A DNA stretch of 37,196 bases. Source: Verrucomicrobia bacterium UBA6015. Lineage in GTDB: Bacteria; Verrucomicrobiota; Kiritimatiellia; UBA8416. Of the stretch, positions 1 through 9,731 are shown piece by piece; the stretch's first letter is position 1, and each line of letters begins with the position of its first letter. The stretch is from NCBI GenBank assembly GCA_002428045.1, contig DIZZ01000154.1, forward strand, positions 4,691 through 41,886. Direction: 5' to 3'. The notes under the pieces are model-generated. The model searched no databases. It was given only the letters and a program-made list of their open reading frames with translations, and was not told where the DNA came from. A program made the translations under genes and the position numbers.

Positions 1-22
1 TCTCGTCGCCGTTCTCGTTCAC
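1..22 (-). CDS. Possible 5' end of a divergent gene running off the left edge (MNENGDE...)
   Basis: Minus strand reads GGAAAAGG-GTG AAC GAG AAC GGC GAC GAG. Only 7 codons are visible, so the product cannot be identified. Confidence 0.25.
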
Positions 23-222
23 CCTTTTCCGTAGATTCTCTGAAACCAAACGGCGCCAAAGGATTGGCGCCCTCCATGAGGGGAAATGGGCAAGGTTTCG
101 AATACGCTGGGGGTTGATTACATTCCTTTTACCCACTCCTTACATGGTTCTGACATTGCGCACGAGCAAATCTGTTGATATGAAGGCGTCAGGACGGAAT
201 GGTTTCAACCCGGAGGAACAAC

Positions 223-2385
223 ATGGGAACAAGGTGTAGAGCGGTATGGTTAGGATTTGCGGCATGTCTGCTGCTGGCGGGGCAAACGCACGGGGGGGCC
301 TTCGTGCTCCAAGGCGACATGCAGGAGGGTGCCTTGAAGGTGGCGGCAGCGTTGCCAACGCTGAACATCCTCTACAGCGCGACCGATGTGCAGCTTGAGG
401 ATGCCGCCGCGACATTGCGCATCTCCGAGGACTTTACGGTTGCCGTGACGGGCGATGCCCCCGCATGGCTTATCGTTCCGTTGCCGGATGGGGTGGACCG
501 TGAATCGGTCGAACTCAGGTTGGACGGCCACAGCCAAGCACCCGCAGGGATGCTGCGTATCGATGGCGAACAAGCCGCCTCACTGCTGCGTGCAGCCGCC
601 GAGACCCACCGTCGTGACGGGCTGCTGCTCCACCTCGGGCAGCCCCTGCTGGTGGTTCCTCTGCCGGGCGTCCGGGAACCGGCGCGGCTGCGCCTTGCAC
701 TCGCCTGCCGGGTGCCGGTCGAGGCGGCCGATGGTCTTGTGAGGTTGCGTTGCCCCGTACCGGAGGTGGCGCTGGCCTGCAAGCCGGTCGGGCGCATGGT
801 GGTTTCCGGCAGTGTTGTATCCGCTCGGCCTGTGCGTGCCGTTTTCAGCCCCACCCACACTTGTCGAGTCGTCTCTGAAAATCCGCGCCGGGCAACCTTC
901 CGCTATGTGGCCGACCATGTGGCCGAAACCATCCCGTTCGACCTGCTGGCGGTAACGGACGAGAGCGAGTTCGGCTGGCGCACGCTGGCCTACCGCCCGC
1001 AGGGGGCGGCGGAAGGCACGTTTGCGATTATCGGGTGCCCGACGGGTGGCGATACACAAGGGCAGACGGCCCGCGAGGTGGTCCTGGCCATGGATGTCTC
1101 CGGTAGCATGCGGGGCGAGAAACTGGAGCAGGCCCGGGCAGCCATCGAGTACTGTCTCGGGCAGTTGGATTCCGCCGATGCCTTTAACATCGTGGCCTTC
1201 TCCGACCGTGTCACGACCTTTGCCGAGGCTCCGGTTGGTGCGGATGCAGAAACCATTGCCCGGGCCCGCGTCTTCATCGACGGGCTTCAACCCGAGGGAC
1301 GCACCAATATCGACGATGCCCTGGCGGCCTGCGTGCGTGGTGCTGCCGACACCGCACGGCCCCGCGTGGTGATCTTCCTCACCGATGGGACGCCGACGGC
1401 AGGCGACCGCAATCCGACCTCCATCCTGGCACATGTCGAGAAGGCCAACACCGCCTCGGCCCGGATCTTCGTCGTTGGCATCGGGCACGACATCAACACC
1501 TATCTGCTGGACCAGATCGCCCTCGCTACCGATGGCGGTTCCGAGTATGTGGCACCCGATGGGGCGGTCGATGAACAGGTCGCCGACCTCTATGCGCGGT
1601 TGGCGCATCCGGTCCTGCTCGGGGCGACGGCCGACTTCCGGGGAATGCCGGTTACTGATGTCGTGCCGGGCAAGATTGGCGATGTCTACCGCGGCAGCCT
1701 CGTCGTCCTGGCGGGTCGCTACGCGGGTGCCTGTACGGGCGTCCTCCACATCGCGGGGCACCGTGGCGATGCCAGCCGTGAACTGCAGATACCGATCGAA
1801 CTGCCTGCCACAACCGGCTCCGATATGGCGTTCGTCGCCCCGTTGTGGGCCTCCCGTCGCGTGGGGGAATGTCTCGAGCAGATGCGCCTTGAAGGCTCCG
1901 ACGCAGCCCTTGATGAAGTGGTTAGCCTGAGCCGCCGCTATGGGATCGTGACCGAGTACACCACCGCGATCGATGCGGCCGATGCGCCCAGCCTGAGCGA
2001 TGCGGAGGTCGCCTCGCAGGCCCGCGAGCAGTTGCGCCGCGCCCGCAATGTGAATAGCGGCAAATGGGCGGTCATGCAATCGGTCAACGACAAGGGCCTT
2101 AAGAACAAGGTGGCGGTCAACAGTGCCGAGAATGGCTTCATGGATGCACAAGGCGAGAAAAAGGAGGCCAGCAGCGTGAAGCAGATCAACGGGTCCGCCT
2201 TCTACCAGAAAGATGGGGCGTGGCTCGAGGCGGACGATGGCGTGGAACGGGCACAGCGCAGCGTCAAACGCTACAGCCCGGAGTATTTCCGGCTGGTGGA
2301 GGAGTCGGAGGACTTCTCACGAGCGGCCGCCCTCGACGGGGAGGTGATTCTTAACCATGGCAACGAACAGATCCGTGTCCATTGA
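223..2385 (+). CDS. Secreted VIT-like/von Willebrand factor A domain protein
   Basis: GGAGG at 212-216 precedes ATG 223. N-terminal signal-like segment; vWA MIDAS motif DVSGSM...T...FLTDG; inter-alpha-trypsin-inhibitor-like C-terminal region (LWASRRVG...LSRRYGIVTEYT). Confidence 0.85.
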   Translation: MGTRCRAVWLGFAACLLLAGQTHGGAFVLQGDMQEGALKVAAALPTLNILYSATDVQLEDAAATLRISEDFTVAVTGDAPAWLIVPLPDGVDRESVELRLDGHSQAPAGMLRIDGEQAASLLRAAAETHRRDGLLLHLGQPLLVVPLPGVREPARLRLALACRVPVEAADGLVRLRCPVPEVALACKPVGRMVVSGSVVSARPVRAVFSPTHTCRVVSENPRRATFRYVADHVAETIPFDLLAVTDESEFGWRTLAYRPQGAAEGTFAIIGCPTGGDTQGQTAREVVLAMDVSGSMRGEKLEQARAAIEYCLGQLDSADAFNIVAFSDRVTTFAEAPVGADAETIARARVFIDGLQPEGRTNIDDALAACVRGAADTARPRVVIFLTDGTPTAGDRNPTSILAHVEKANTASARIFVVGIGHDINTYLLDQIALATDGGSEYVAPDGAVDEQVADLYARLAHPVLLGATADFRGMPVTDVVPGKIGDVYRGSLVVLAGRYAGACTGVLHIAGHRGDASRELQIPIELPATTGSDMAFVAPLWASRRVGECLEQMRLEGSDAALDEVVSLSRRYGIVTEYTTAIDAADAPSLSDAEVASQAREQLRRARNVNSGKWAVMQSVNDKGLKNKVAVNSAENGFMDAQGEKKEASSVKQINGSAFYQKDGAWLEADDGVERAQRSVKRYSPEYFRLVEESEDFSRAAALDGEVILNHGNEQIRVH

Positions 2386-2437
2386 GACGTGTATCCAATC
2401 GTCGAATAAAAAGGTCTTGAACGAGCGAAACAGGAGC

Positions 2438-4885
2438 ATGACAATGAAAACAACCATCGTAAAATACACCGCTGTGGTGGCCTTCGCAGCCCTGCAGGCG
2501 GCCGTTGGCGAACCGTCGCAGATTCCGTTAAACCTGGATGTGCAGCAGGTTATCCAGATTGAGCAGCAACAGGGGCAACAGGGGGAATTCCGCAACATCC
2601 AGGCCAATCAGATAATCCAGGTCCCCGGCCAGCAACGTGTAATGCGCAATGCGGCACCCTCGCGGCAGCCCCGTGGCGATGGACCTAGCCGTCAGGATGG
2701 AGGATTCCGCGAATCAGATATCCGGCGCGCCAGGGAACGGGCCATCGCCCACCTGCAGTCGTGTCTCGCGGAGGATGGCTCCATCCAGGAGGGCATCGTG
2801 CATTATTCCGAAGGCGCTGCCACGGTCATGGGCGCATTGGCCATGCTGGCTGCGGGTGCTGATCCGGAATCCGATCCCGCGTTGCGGCGGGCGCTCGAAT
2901 GGCTGCGCAAGAACGACCAGGAGAATACCTACTTCCGGGCGGTCCGCGCCAATGTCTGGGAGTATGCCCTGCGGCGTTCACCGGAGGATGCGCAGTTCCG
3001 TGCCGCGTTGCAGCGAGATGCCGACTGGCTGGTCAATGCACTGCAGGACAAGGAGGGGTGGCGCTACCTGAAGACCAGCTCGGACTGGGACAACAGCGTG
3101 ACGCAGTACGGCGTCTTGGGCATATGGGCGGCCTGCCGGGCGGGTATCGAGCCGCCCGAGGGGTTCTGGCTACGCATGTCCCGTCACTTCCGCCAGTGCC
3201 AGAACAGCGATGGGGGCTGGGGCTACCAGCAAGGTGGATCGTCGGCCAACATGGCTACGGCGGGACTGGCAACCCTGTTCCTGGTTTTCGATATGCACCA
3301 CGGACGCACCAGCTACTCCGCCAGCAATGGCAACCCATTCGCCAGCGGTGAGGCGGCCGAGTGTCTTACAGCCATCAGCCGCGGCATGGCGTGGCTGGAT
3401 AACAATGGCGGGGATAAAAATGATGGTTACTACCTCTACGGCATCGAGCGCACCGGCGTGGCCAGTGGACGCAAGGTCATCGGCGGTCACGACTGGTTCC
3501 GCGACGGGATGCTTTCCATCTTGCAACACCAGCAGGCCGACGGGTCCATCCCCTTGAATGGCTACGGCAATACGCGCATCAATACCGCCTTCGCCTCGCT
3601 CTTCATGGTCTATGGCGGGGCGCCCGTCGCCTTCAACAAGCTCCAGTATGGCGATAACCAAGACTGGAACTTGAACCCGCGCGATGTCGCCAACGTAACC
3701 AGGCACCTCTGGGGGGCCTACGAAAACCCGCTCAACTGGTTCTCCGTCGCCATTGATGCGCCAGCCGAGGATTTCGAGGCTCCCGTTCTCTTCATCAGTG
3801 GCGCGGCCGCACCGGCATTCACGGATGAGCAGGTCGGCAAGCTGCGCGCCTACGTCGAGCGGGGTGGGCTGATCCTGGCGGAGCCGAGCGATGGAAGCGA
3901 GGCCTTCCGCGTGGCCATGGAGTCGCTGGTCGGAAAGCTTTTCCCCCCTGAACAGTTCTCCGCGCACGGACTTCGCGCACTCGATCCCGAGCACCCCATC
4001 TATACCGTTATCCCGCACCCGTGGACTGCACGGCCGGCACTGCGGGCCGCCTCCGACGGCAGTCGCGTTTTCTTCGTCCTGTCCGATGGCAACATGTCCC
4101 GCGACTGGCAGATGAACCACACCCACGAGGAGTCCTTCCAGCTCGCCATGAACCTGCTCTTCTACACAACGGACCAGGGCGCGCTGCATCCCCGCTTCCA
4201 CTCGGTACTGCCCGATACGCTCCCGTCCCCGTCCCGCGACACGGCCATCACGGTTGGCCGCCTGGTCCACGGTCCGGCGGATGCACCTGCCAGCGACTGG
4301 CGTATCGGAGAGCCTGCAACCCGTGCTTTCGCGCCCTTCCTCCGGCACATCCATGGCATCGATCTGAGCGATGTAGGCCCCGTCGATCTTTGTACCACTA
4401 ATGCCCCGACCGTCCAGGTCCTCACGCTGACAGGTACGGGCGGATTGACACTCGATGCAAACGCAACCGCCGCACTCAAGCAATTCCTTGCGGGTGGCGG
4501 CACGCTGGTTGTGGACGCCTATGCGGGTAGCCCGCAGTTTGCCCGCGATGCACGAGCCTACATCACTCGTGAACTGGGCGAACTCGTGCCCCTGCCTGCG
4601 GACCACGACATCGTGACCGGGCGTTTCGCCGGTGGGTTCGACCTGCTTTCTTCCGTCGACTACACACTCCCCGCGCGCAAGGCGTTACGCGCCGAAGGGG
4701 CGTCCACGTCCACGCACCATCTCGAAGCGCTCCTGCTGGATGGCCGTGCGGCGGTCGTCTTCTCCCCCTACGACCTGACCTCCGCCGTCAGTGGCGCAAG
4801 CACCTACCGCTCCGCGGGCTACCGCCCCGTCACGGCCCGCCGCATCCTGGCCAACATCTACGGCTACGCCGCCCAAGCCCTTTAG
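2438..4885 (+). CDS. Secreted protein with prenyltransferase/squalene-oxidase-like alpha/alpha-barrel repeats and two DUF4159-like domains
   Basis: AGGAG precedes ATG 2438/2444. Signal peptide and Gln-rich linker; repeat motifs [31 protein letters not shown]; two similar C-terminal modules ([14 protein letters not shown]...EHPIY and [14 protein letters not shown]...DHDIV). Confidence 0.75.
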   Translation: MTMKTTIVKYTAVVAFAALQAAVGEPSQIPLNLDVQQVIQIEQQQGQQGEFRNIQANQIIQVPGQQRVMRNAAPSRQPRGDGPSRQDGGFRESDIRRARERAIAHLQSCLAEDGSIQEGIVHYSEGAATVMGALAMLAAGADPESDPALRRALEWLRKNDQENTYFRAVRANVWEYALRRSPEDAQFRAALQRDADWLVNALQDKEGWRYLKTSSDWDNSVTQYGVLGIWAACRAGIEPPEGFWLRMSRHFRQCQNSDGGWGYQQGGSSANMATAGLATLFLVFDMHHGRTSYSASNGNPFASGEAAECLTAISRGMAWLDNNGGDKNDGYYLYGIERTGVASGRKVIGGHDWFRDGMLSILQHQQADGSIPLNGYGNTRINTAFASLFMVYGGAPVAFNKLQYGDNQDWNLNPRDVANVTRHLWGAYENPLNWFSVAIDAPAEDFEAPVLFISGAAAPAFTDEQVGKLRAYVERGGLILAEPSDGSEAFRVAMESLVGKLFPPEQFSAHGLRALDPEHPIYTVIPHPWTARPALRAASDGSRVFFVLSDGNMSRDWQMNHTHEESFQLAMNLLFYTTDQGALHPRFHSVLPDTLPSPSRDTAITVGRLVHGPADAPASDWRIGEPATRAFAPFLRHIHGIDLSDVGPVDLCTTNAPTVQVLTLTGTGGLTLDANATAALKQFLAGGGTLVVDAYAGSPQFARDARAYITRELGELVPLPADHDIVTGRFAGGFDLLSSVDYTLPARKALRAEGASTSTHHLEALLLDGRAAVVFSPYDLTSAVSGASTYRSAGYRPVTARRILANIYGYAAQAL

Positions 4886-4896
4886 TTGCATCTTTT

Positions 4897-5087
4897 GGCT
4901 GGAATGTGAGTGCGTAGGCGACGACATCGCCTGGATGAAGATCCGTCCCGATGGCCGTTTGCACGCCATCAATCCGGAATCCGGCTTCTTCCGCAAGTCA
5001 CCTGAGGGCAAGTGGCTGTGGCCGGGCTTCGGCGAGAACATCCGCGTCATGAAATGGATGTGCGAGCGTGTCGAGGGCAAGGTCGGT
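4897..5087 (+). pseudogene. pckG: Collapsed remnant of GTP-dependent phosphoenolpyruvate carboxykinase
   Basis: Reads [28 protein letters not shown] directly into [32 protein letters not shown]. These two PEPCK(GTP) signature blocks are far apart in the intact enzyme. No start codon; apparent 1-nt frameshift in GW(K/N)V at 4897-4907. Confidence 0.85.
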
Positions 5088-5597
5088 CCGGTAGATCCTG
5101 AGGTCTTGCATGACGCGGGCCGTGACGGGCAAGGCACTGATCGTCATGATCGTGGCCACGAACAGGGCAAACGCAATCCGGCTGCCCCCCTCGCCGACAT
5201 ACGCGGCGGGTAGGAAGAAACTGGGAATGAACGCAATGACCATGGGAATTACCAGATCGGCCATGGACAGCGTCAGGGCTTGGCGGCGTTGACGCCAGGC
5301 GGTGGCGAAATTGGTTTCCAGACCGGATTTAAGCAGGAAAAACAGGATGCCCAGCCAAGCGACCGTCTCCAGCATGTTCTGTTGGTGCGGATCATTTGGA
5401 AAGAGCATGGCCTGGAAGCCGGGAAAGGTGCGCCCGAGCAACGTGGGGCCAAGCACGATGCCAACCATGATTTCTGCCGTGATCGAGGGCTGCCCGAAGC
5501 GTCGGAAAACCTCACCCAGGCCACGGGCCAGTCCAAGCAGCACGGCCACTTGCAACAGGAATACAAGAATGTTCTCTTCACTCAGGTAATGCATCAT
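4998..5597 (-). pseudogene. 3'-truncated cation:proton antiporter (CPA2/Kef-type Na+/H+ or K+/H+ exchanger)
   Basis: N-terminal CPA2 motifs ([44 protein letters not shown]). Antiporter-like sequence stops at ~5080 after ~5 TM helices; the rest of the ORF is the antisense of the pckG remnant. Confidence 0.8.
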
Positions 5598-5769
5598 AAG
5601 TCCTTTTGTTGTTCCGGCAGCACTGGCGGTTCAGGCAAACGCGGCAACGGCTGTCGGCGCAGTGATTGCAGCCTTCGCAATCGGGGCAGTTGTACTTCTT
5701 CTGCGCATCCGGTTCGGCATCCGGCACCCAGATCCATCCATCCACGCCCTTTTGTTTGATAAATGGCAT
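5578..5769 (-). CDS. Small Cys-rich putative metal-binding protein (63 aa)
   Basis: GGGGAAGGGA precedes ATG 5769. Sequence MPFIKQKGVDGWIWVPD...CPDCEGCNHCADSRCRVCLNRQCC (8 Cys); overlaps the antiporter start. Confidence 0.6.
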   Translation of the reverse strand: MPFIKQKGVDGWIWVPDAEPDAQKKYNCPDCEGCNHCADSRCRVCLNRQCCRNNKRTYDALPE

Positions 5770-5783
5770 GATCCCTTCCCCAG

Positions 5784-6044
5784 CTAGACCGGTTCGTGCT
5801 GTTGGCGCTTGCGGATGATCGCCGCCCGGGTAGAGAGGATAAAGGCGGCAGCCAGCAATCCGAGTCCCAACAGCAGCGCGATATGTGGCAGGATGATCTT
5901 CTGAACAAACTGCATCGCCCGCAGTTCCTGCACCCCCTGACCGCTCGCGAAGAAATACACCATCCCCCCGCTCCCGCCCAAGCTGCACAATAGTCCGGAA
6001 AACAGGCACACCGTCGATTCTCGTCCGGTTAATCGTTTCAACAT
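5784..6044 (-). CDS. Small hypothetical membrane protein (86 aa, 2 TM segments)
   Basis: GGGAG precedes ATG 6044. Two hydrophobic stretches and a basic C-terminal tail; first gene of a compact minus-strand unit. Confidence 0.55.
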   Translation of the reverse strand: MLKRLTGRESTVCLFSGLLCSLGGSGGMVYFFASGQGVQELRAMQFVQKIILPHIALLLGLGLLAAAFILSTRAAIIRKRQQHEPV

Positions 6045-6079
6045 GGTCAATTCTCCCGCAAAACCCTGTGATGGAGTGA

Positions 6080-6108
6080 TTGCACTTTGCGTGAAGATAC
6101 TATAGGAT
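6080..6108 (+). promoter_or_regulatory. Candidate sigma70 promoter for fumC
   Basis: TTGCAC-N17-TAGGAT in the AT-richer divergent intergenic region. Confidence 0.35.
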
Positions 6109-6164
6109 AACCGAGATTGTGTCCACGGGATTCGATTCAGGACAACCGAGGGAAGGAGAAAATC

Positions 6165-7559
6165 ATGCGAAAAGAAAAAGATGCACTGGGCACTGTTGAT
6201 GTCCCCGATGACCGTTATTACGGAGCCCAGACCCAGCGTGCATGCGATAATTTCAAAGTGGGCGACGAACGGTTTCCTATTTCCTTTATCCGGGCGCATG
6301 CGCTAGTGAAGAAGACCGCCGCCTTGGTCAATGCCGAGCTTGGCATCCTGCCCAAGCCGTTGGCTGAGGCGATCAGCCAGGCGGCCGACGAGGTCATCGC
6401 GGGCCAATGGGGCGATCATTTCCCGCTGGTCATCTGGCAGAGCGGTAGCGGAACCCAGACGAATATGAACGTCAACGAGGTCATCGCCAACCGGGCGAAT
6501 GAAACGCTCGGCCAACCGCTGGGCTCGAAATCCCCAATACATCCCAATGACCATGTCAACATGGGGCAATCGACCAACGATACGGTGCCTGCGTCCATGC
6601 ACATTGCTTGTGTGATGATGCTCAAGCAAACCCTGCTGCCCACCCTTCGGTCACTGGAGCAGGCGCTCGATGGCAAGGCCGACGCCTTCAAGGGGATTAT
6701 CAAGATCGGGCGAACCCACCTGCAGGATGCCACACCGATGACCCTGGGCCAGGAATTCTCCGGCTATGCCGCGCAGATCAAGCAGGCGCACGCCGGGATC
6801 GAGACCTGTATGCCGGAACTGTCCTGTCTGGCCATCGGAGGAACGGCGGTTGGCACCGGGATCAACACACGCCAGGATTTTGACTGGATGATGGCGGAAA
6901 CGCTAAGCCACTTGACCGGCATGACGTTTGCCGTGCAGCAGAACAAGTTTGCCGGGCTGGCGGCGCATGATGCAATTGTGCGGCTTTCCGGGATGCTCAA
7001 GAGCCTGGCGGGGGCCTTGATGAAGATCGCCAACGACATCCGCTGGCTCGGCAGCGGGCCGCGCAGCGGCCTGGGCGAGCTGATCCTGCCTGCCAACGAG
7101 CCGGGCAGCTCGATCATGCCTGGCAAGGTCAATCCCACCCAGTGCGAGATGCTCACGATGGTCTGCTGCCGCATCTTCGGTAACGATGCCGCCATCAGCA
7201 TGGCGGGCTCGCAGGGGAATCTCGAACTTAACGTCTTCAAGCCGCTCATGGCGCATGCCATTCTGCAATCCATCAGCCTGCTCGACGAGGCCTGTCACTC
7301 GTTCCGTGAGCACTGCATCGAAGGATTGCAGGCGGATACAGCGAGGATCGCCGAGAATGTCGAGAAGTCGCTCATGCTGGTCACCGCCCTCACCCCCTAT
7401 ATCGGGTATGACAAGTCTGCCGAGATTGCGCTGGTCGCCTGGCGGGAACGACGGACCCTGCGCGAGACGGCACTGGCCATGGGGGCCTTGAGCGCCGAGG
7501 ATTTTGATGCCTGGGTTCGTCCCGAAGCCATGCTTGCCCCGTCAACGGGGGCAAAATGA
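6165..7559 (+). CDS. fumC: Class II fumarate hydratase
   Basis: AAGGAG precedes ATG 6165. Motifs GSGTQTNMNVNEV, HPNDHVN, KIGRTHLQDATP and the fumarase signature GSSIMPGKVNPTQCE. Confidence 0.97.
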   Translation: MRKEKDALGTVDVPDDRYYGAQTQRACDNFKVGDERFPISFIRAHALVKKTAALVNAELGILPKPLAEAISQAADEVIAGQWGDHFPLVIWQSGSGTQTNMNVNEVIANRANETLGQPLGSKSPIHPNDHVNMGQSTNDTVPASMHIACVMMLKQTLLPTLRSLEQALDGKADAFKGIIKIGRTHLQDATPMTLGQEFSGYAAQIKQAHAGIETCMPELSCLAIGGTAVGTGINTRQDFDWMMAETLSHLTGMTFAVQQNKFAGLAAHDAIVRLSGMLKSLAGALMKIANDIRWLGSGPRSGLGELILPANEPGSSIMPGKVNPTQCEMLTMVCCRIFGNDAAISMAGSQGNLELNVFKPLMAHAILQSISLLDEACHSFREHCIEGLQADTARIAENVEKSLMLVTALTPYIGYDKSAEIALVAWRERRTLRETALAMGALSAEDFDAWVRPEAMLAPSTGAK

Positions 7560-8104
7560 ACACGACGACACAGGCGCGTGGCGGCGTCCGGCATCGCGGA
7601 TGGCAGGGGTTACGGCAGTTGTTGAGGCATGACGCCGGACCGGTGGTCCAGTTCATCAAGTATGGCATCGCGGGCGGGATGGCCACACTGACACAGATCG
7701 TGGTCTTCTATACCCTTGGGTGGACGGTACTGCCTCACTTAACGGATGATGACCTTTTCGTGCGGGTCATGCGGACGCTGTTCGGGATTTCTCCCTTCGC
7801 GTTGGCAACGGAAGGCCGTGCGCTCAATGCGGCGCTGGCAACGGGCATCGGTTTTGTGATTTCAAATGCGGTCGCCTATATTCTCAATGTGCTGTTCGTG
7901 TTCAAGGCTGGCCGCCATCACTGGCTGCTGGAAATCGGTTACTTCTACGCGGTATCCGGCGTCTCGGTTGTCCTGGGCACGTGCCTCCAGACGCTGCTGA
8001 TTGCCCGCTACGGGATCACCACAACGCAGGCGTTCGGTGCCAGCATCCTGACCGCACTGATGATCAACTATGCCATGCGCCGGTTTTTCATCTTCAAGGG
8101 GTGA
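7556..8104 (+). CDS. GtrA-family membrane protein (putative lipid-linked sugar flippase)
   Basis: QFIKYGIAG...; 4 TM segments; C-terminal INYAMRRFFIF typical of GtrA; ATGA overlap with fumC. Confidence 0.8.
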   Translation: MNTTTQARGGVRHRGWQGLRQLLRHDAGPVVQFIKYGIAGGMATLTQIVVFYTLGWTVLPHLTDDDLFVRVMRTLFGISPFALATEGRALNAALATGIGFVISNAVAYILNVLFVFKAGRHHWLLEIGYFYAVSGVSVVLGTCLQTLLIARYGITTTQAFGASILTALMINYAMRRFFIFKG

Positions 8105-9731
8105 GGCGGATGTGCTTCCACGGATGGTGGTCGAGCAGGTTCGGGAGCCAGCCTTGCACCGAGGGCTGCACGAGGGATTTGCTGCGGTAGAAATAAAGCG
8201 GGAGGATCGGCATCTCCTGCATGAGAATGCCTTCCGCCTGCTGGAACAGCGCATACCGCTGCTGCACATCGGCTGTCTGCGCGGCGGTTCGGATCAGGGC
8301 ATCATAGGCCAGGCTGCTCCAGCGGGTACGATTGTTGCCGCCGCCGGTGACCCACAGATCCAGGAACGAGTTGGGATCGAGATAGTCACCGATCCAGCCA
8401 GCCCGCGCGATATCGTAGTTTCCGCTTCGTGACTGCTCCAGATAGACCTTCCATTCCGTGTTCACCAGTTCGACATGGATGCCCAGTTCGTTCTTCCACA
8501 TTTGCTGGAGCACTTCCGCCAGCCGGGCATGCGTATCGGCCGTGTTATAGAGCAGTTGCAGGACGGGGAAGCCTTGGCCGCCGGGGAAACCGGCCTCGGC
8601 CAGCAGGCGGCGGGCATCGTCAGTCGTTCCGCTGAGCACGTTGGTGGCGGTGTATCCTGCCGTGTTTGGCGGGGTGAAATGGTAGGCCGGAGACTCGCCG
8701 CCCCGGGTGATGTGGCGGGTAATGCGTTCGCGATCCAGCGCCAATGCCAGCGCCCGCCGGACGCCCGGCTTATCCAAGGGGGGGCGGGTCGTATTGAACA
8801 GGTAGTAGTAGCAGCCCATGTAGGGTTCCAACCGCAGCAGCTCCGGATGTTCCTTGCGATAATAATCGATCCGGTCCGGCGGAATGGTCCCGGTGATGTG
8901 CAACTGGCCTGCCCGGAAGGCGCGCTCCTCGATCGCATGGTCGCCAATCGGGTATAAATAGATGGCATTCAGGCTGACCTTCTCGCGATCCCAGTAGGTC
9001 GGGCTCTTGCGTACGAGGATGTGCTTGTTGGCATGCCATTCCGCCAGGACGAACGGGCCGTTGCCGACAAATTTTCCGGGGGCGGTCCAGGCCGTGCCGA
9101 TCTGGCCAATATCGCCATGCGCAAGGATGGTCGCGGGATGCACTGGAAACCAGGCGTAGTGATTCAGCAGGGTCAGGAAGTAAGGCACCGGGGAATGCAG
9201 CGTGATCTCCAGCGTAAGCGCATCCAGCGCCCGAACCCCCACCTGGTCAAAGTCGCTGATCTCGCCCTTGTTGTAGGCTTCGGCGTGTTTGATGCCGAAG
9301 AGCATGTAGGCATAAGATGCGCCCAGCGCGGGGGTCAGGATACGGCGATACGAGAAAACGAAATCGGCGGCGGTGACCGGATCGCCATTCGACCAGCGGG
9401 CCTCGGGCCGCAGGTGGAAGGTGTAGGTCAGGCCGTCGTCCGATATTTCCCAACGCGCCGCCGCGCCAGGCACGGGGGTGAGGGTGGCGGGCTCTTCCGC
9501 GACGAGGCCTTCGAGCAGGGCGGAGATGATATTGTGCTCGGACACCCCGGTGACGACGTGCGGATCCAGCGCGGCGGGCTCCGACAAGTTGCCGAAATGC
9601 AGGATTCCCTCGCGATCCCCCGTTTGCACCAGGGTTTGCCGTTTCCCGCATCCGGGAGTGCCGAGAAGCAGCGCGAGTGCAGACGCAACGAGAACGACAG
9701 GACGTGAAATATGACGCATAAGGATCCTCAT
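8094..9731 (-). CDS. oppA: Peptide ABC transporter substrate-binding lipoprotein (family 5, OppA-like)
   Basis: Lipobox-like LGTPGC; family 5 signature AARWEISDDGLTYTFHLRPEARWSNGDPVTAADF; GNGPF; GWIGDYLDP. Confidence 0.9.
   Translation of the reverse strand: MRILMRHISRPVVLVASALALLLGTPGCGKRQTLVQTGDREGILHFGNLSEPAALDPHVVTGVSEHNIISALLEGLVAEEPATLTPVPGAAARWEISDDGLTYTFHLRPEARWSNGDPVTAADFVFSYRRILTPALGASYAYMLFGIKHAEAYNKGEISDFDQVGVRALDALTLEITLHSPVPYFLTLLNHYAWFPVHPATILAHGDIGQIGTAWTAPGKFVGNGPFVLAEWHANKHILVRKSPTYWDREKVSLNAIYLYPIGDHAIEERAFRAGQLHITGTIPPDRIDYYRKEHPELLRLEPYMGCYYYLFNTTRPPLDKPGVRRALALALDRERITRHITRGGESPAYHFTPPNTAGYTATNVLSGTTDDARRLLAEAGFPGGQGFPVLQLLYNTADTHARLAEVLQQMWKNELGIHVELVNTEWKVYLEQSRSGNYDIARAGWIGDYLDPNSFLDLWVTGGGNNRTRWSSLAYDALIRTAAQTADVQQRYALFQQAEGILMQEMPILPLYFYRSKSLVQPSVQGWLPNLLDHHPWKHIRLTP

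Noticed and set aside
580-2151. 523-aa minus-strand ORF (also 3170-4606, 14142-15389, 20822-21919, 25322-26359, 27750-29117, 30966-32087 and others)
   Set aside because: Antisense shadows of well-supported genes in GC-rich DNA, with no recognisable motifs.
2438-4885. Squalene-hopene cyclase or terpene biosynthesis call for the barrel proteins (also 36136-37196)
   Set aside because: No DxDD catalytic motif is seen, the proteins are exported or membrane-anchored, and no isoprenoid genes are nearby.
4791-5213. 140-aa plus-strand ORF as a functional mini-PEPCK
   Set aside because: It is a chimera of an off-frame upstream gene tail, the pckG fragments and antisense antiporter sequence. It has no credible start and lacks most catalytic regions.
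5578-6299. Supplied long ORF calls 5578-6009 and 5784-6299
   Set aside because: The N-terminal extensions overlap neighbouring genes (fumC and each other). RBS-supported starts are at 5769 and 6044.
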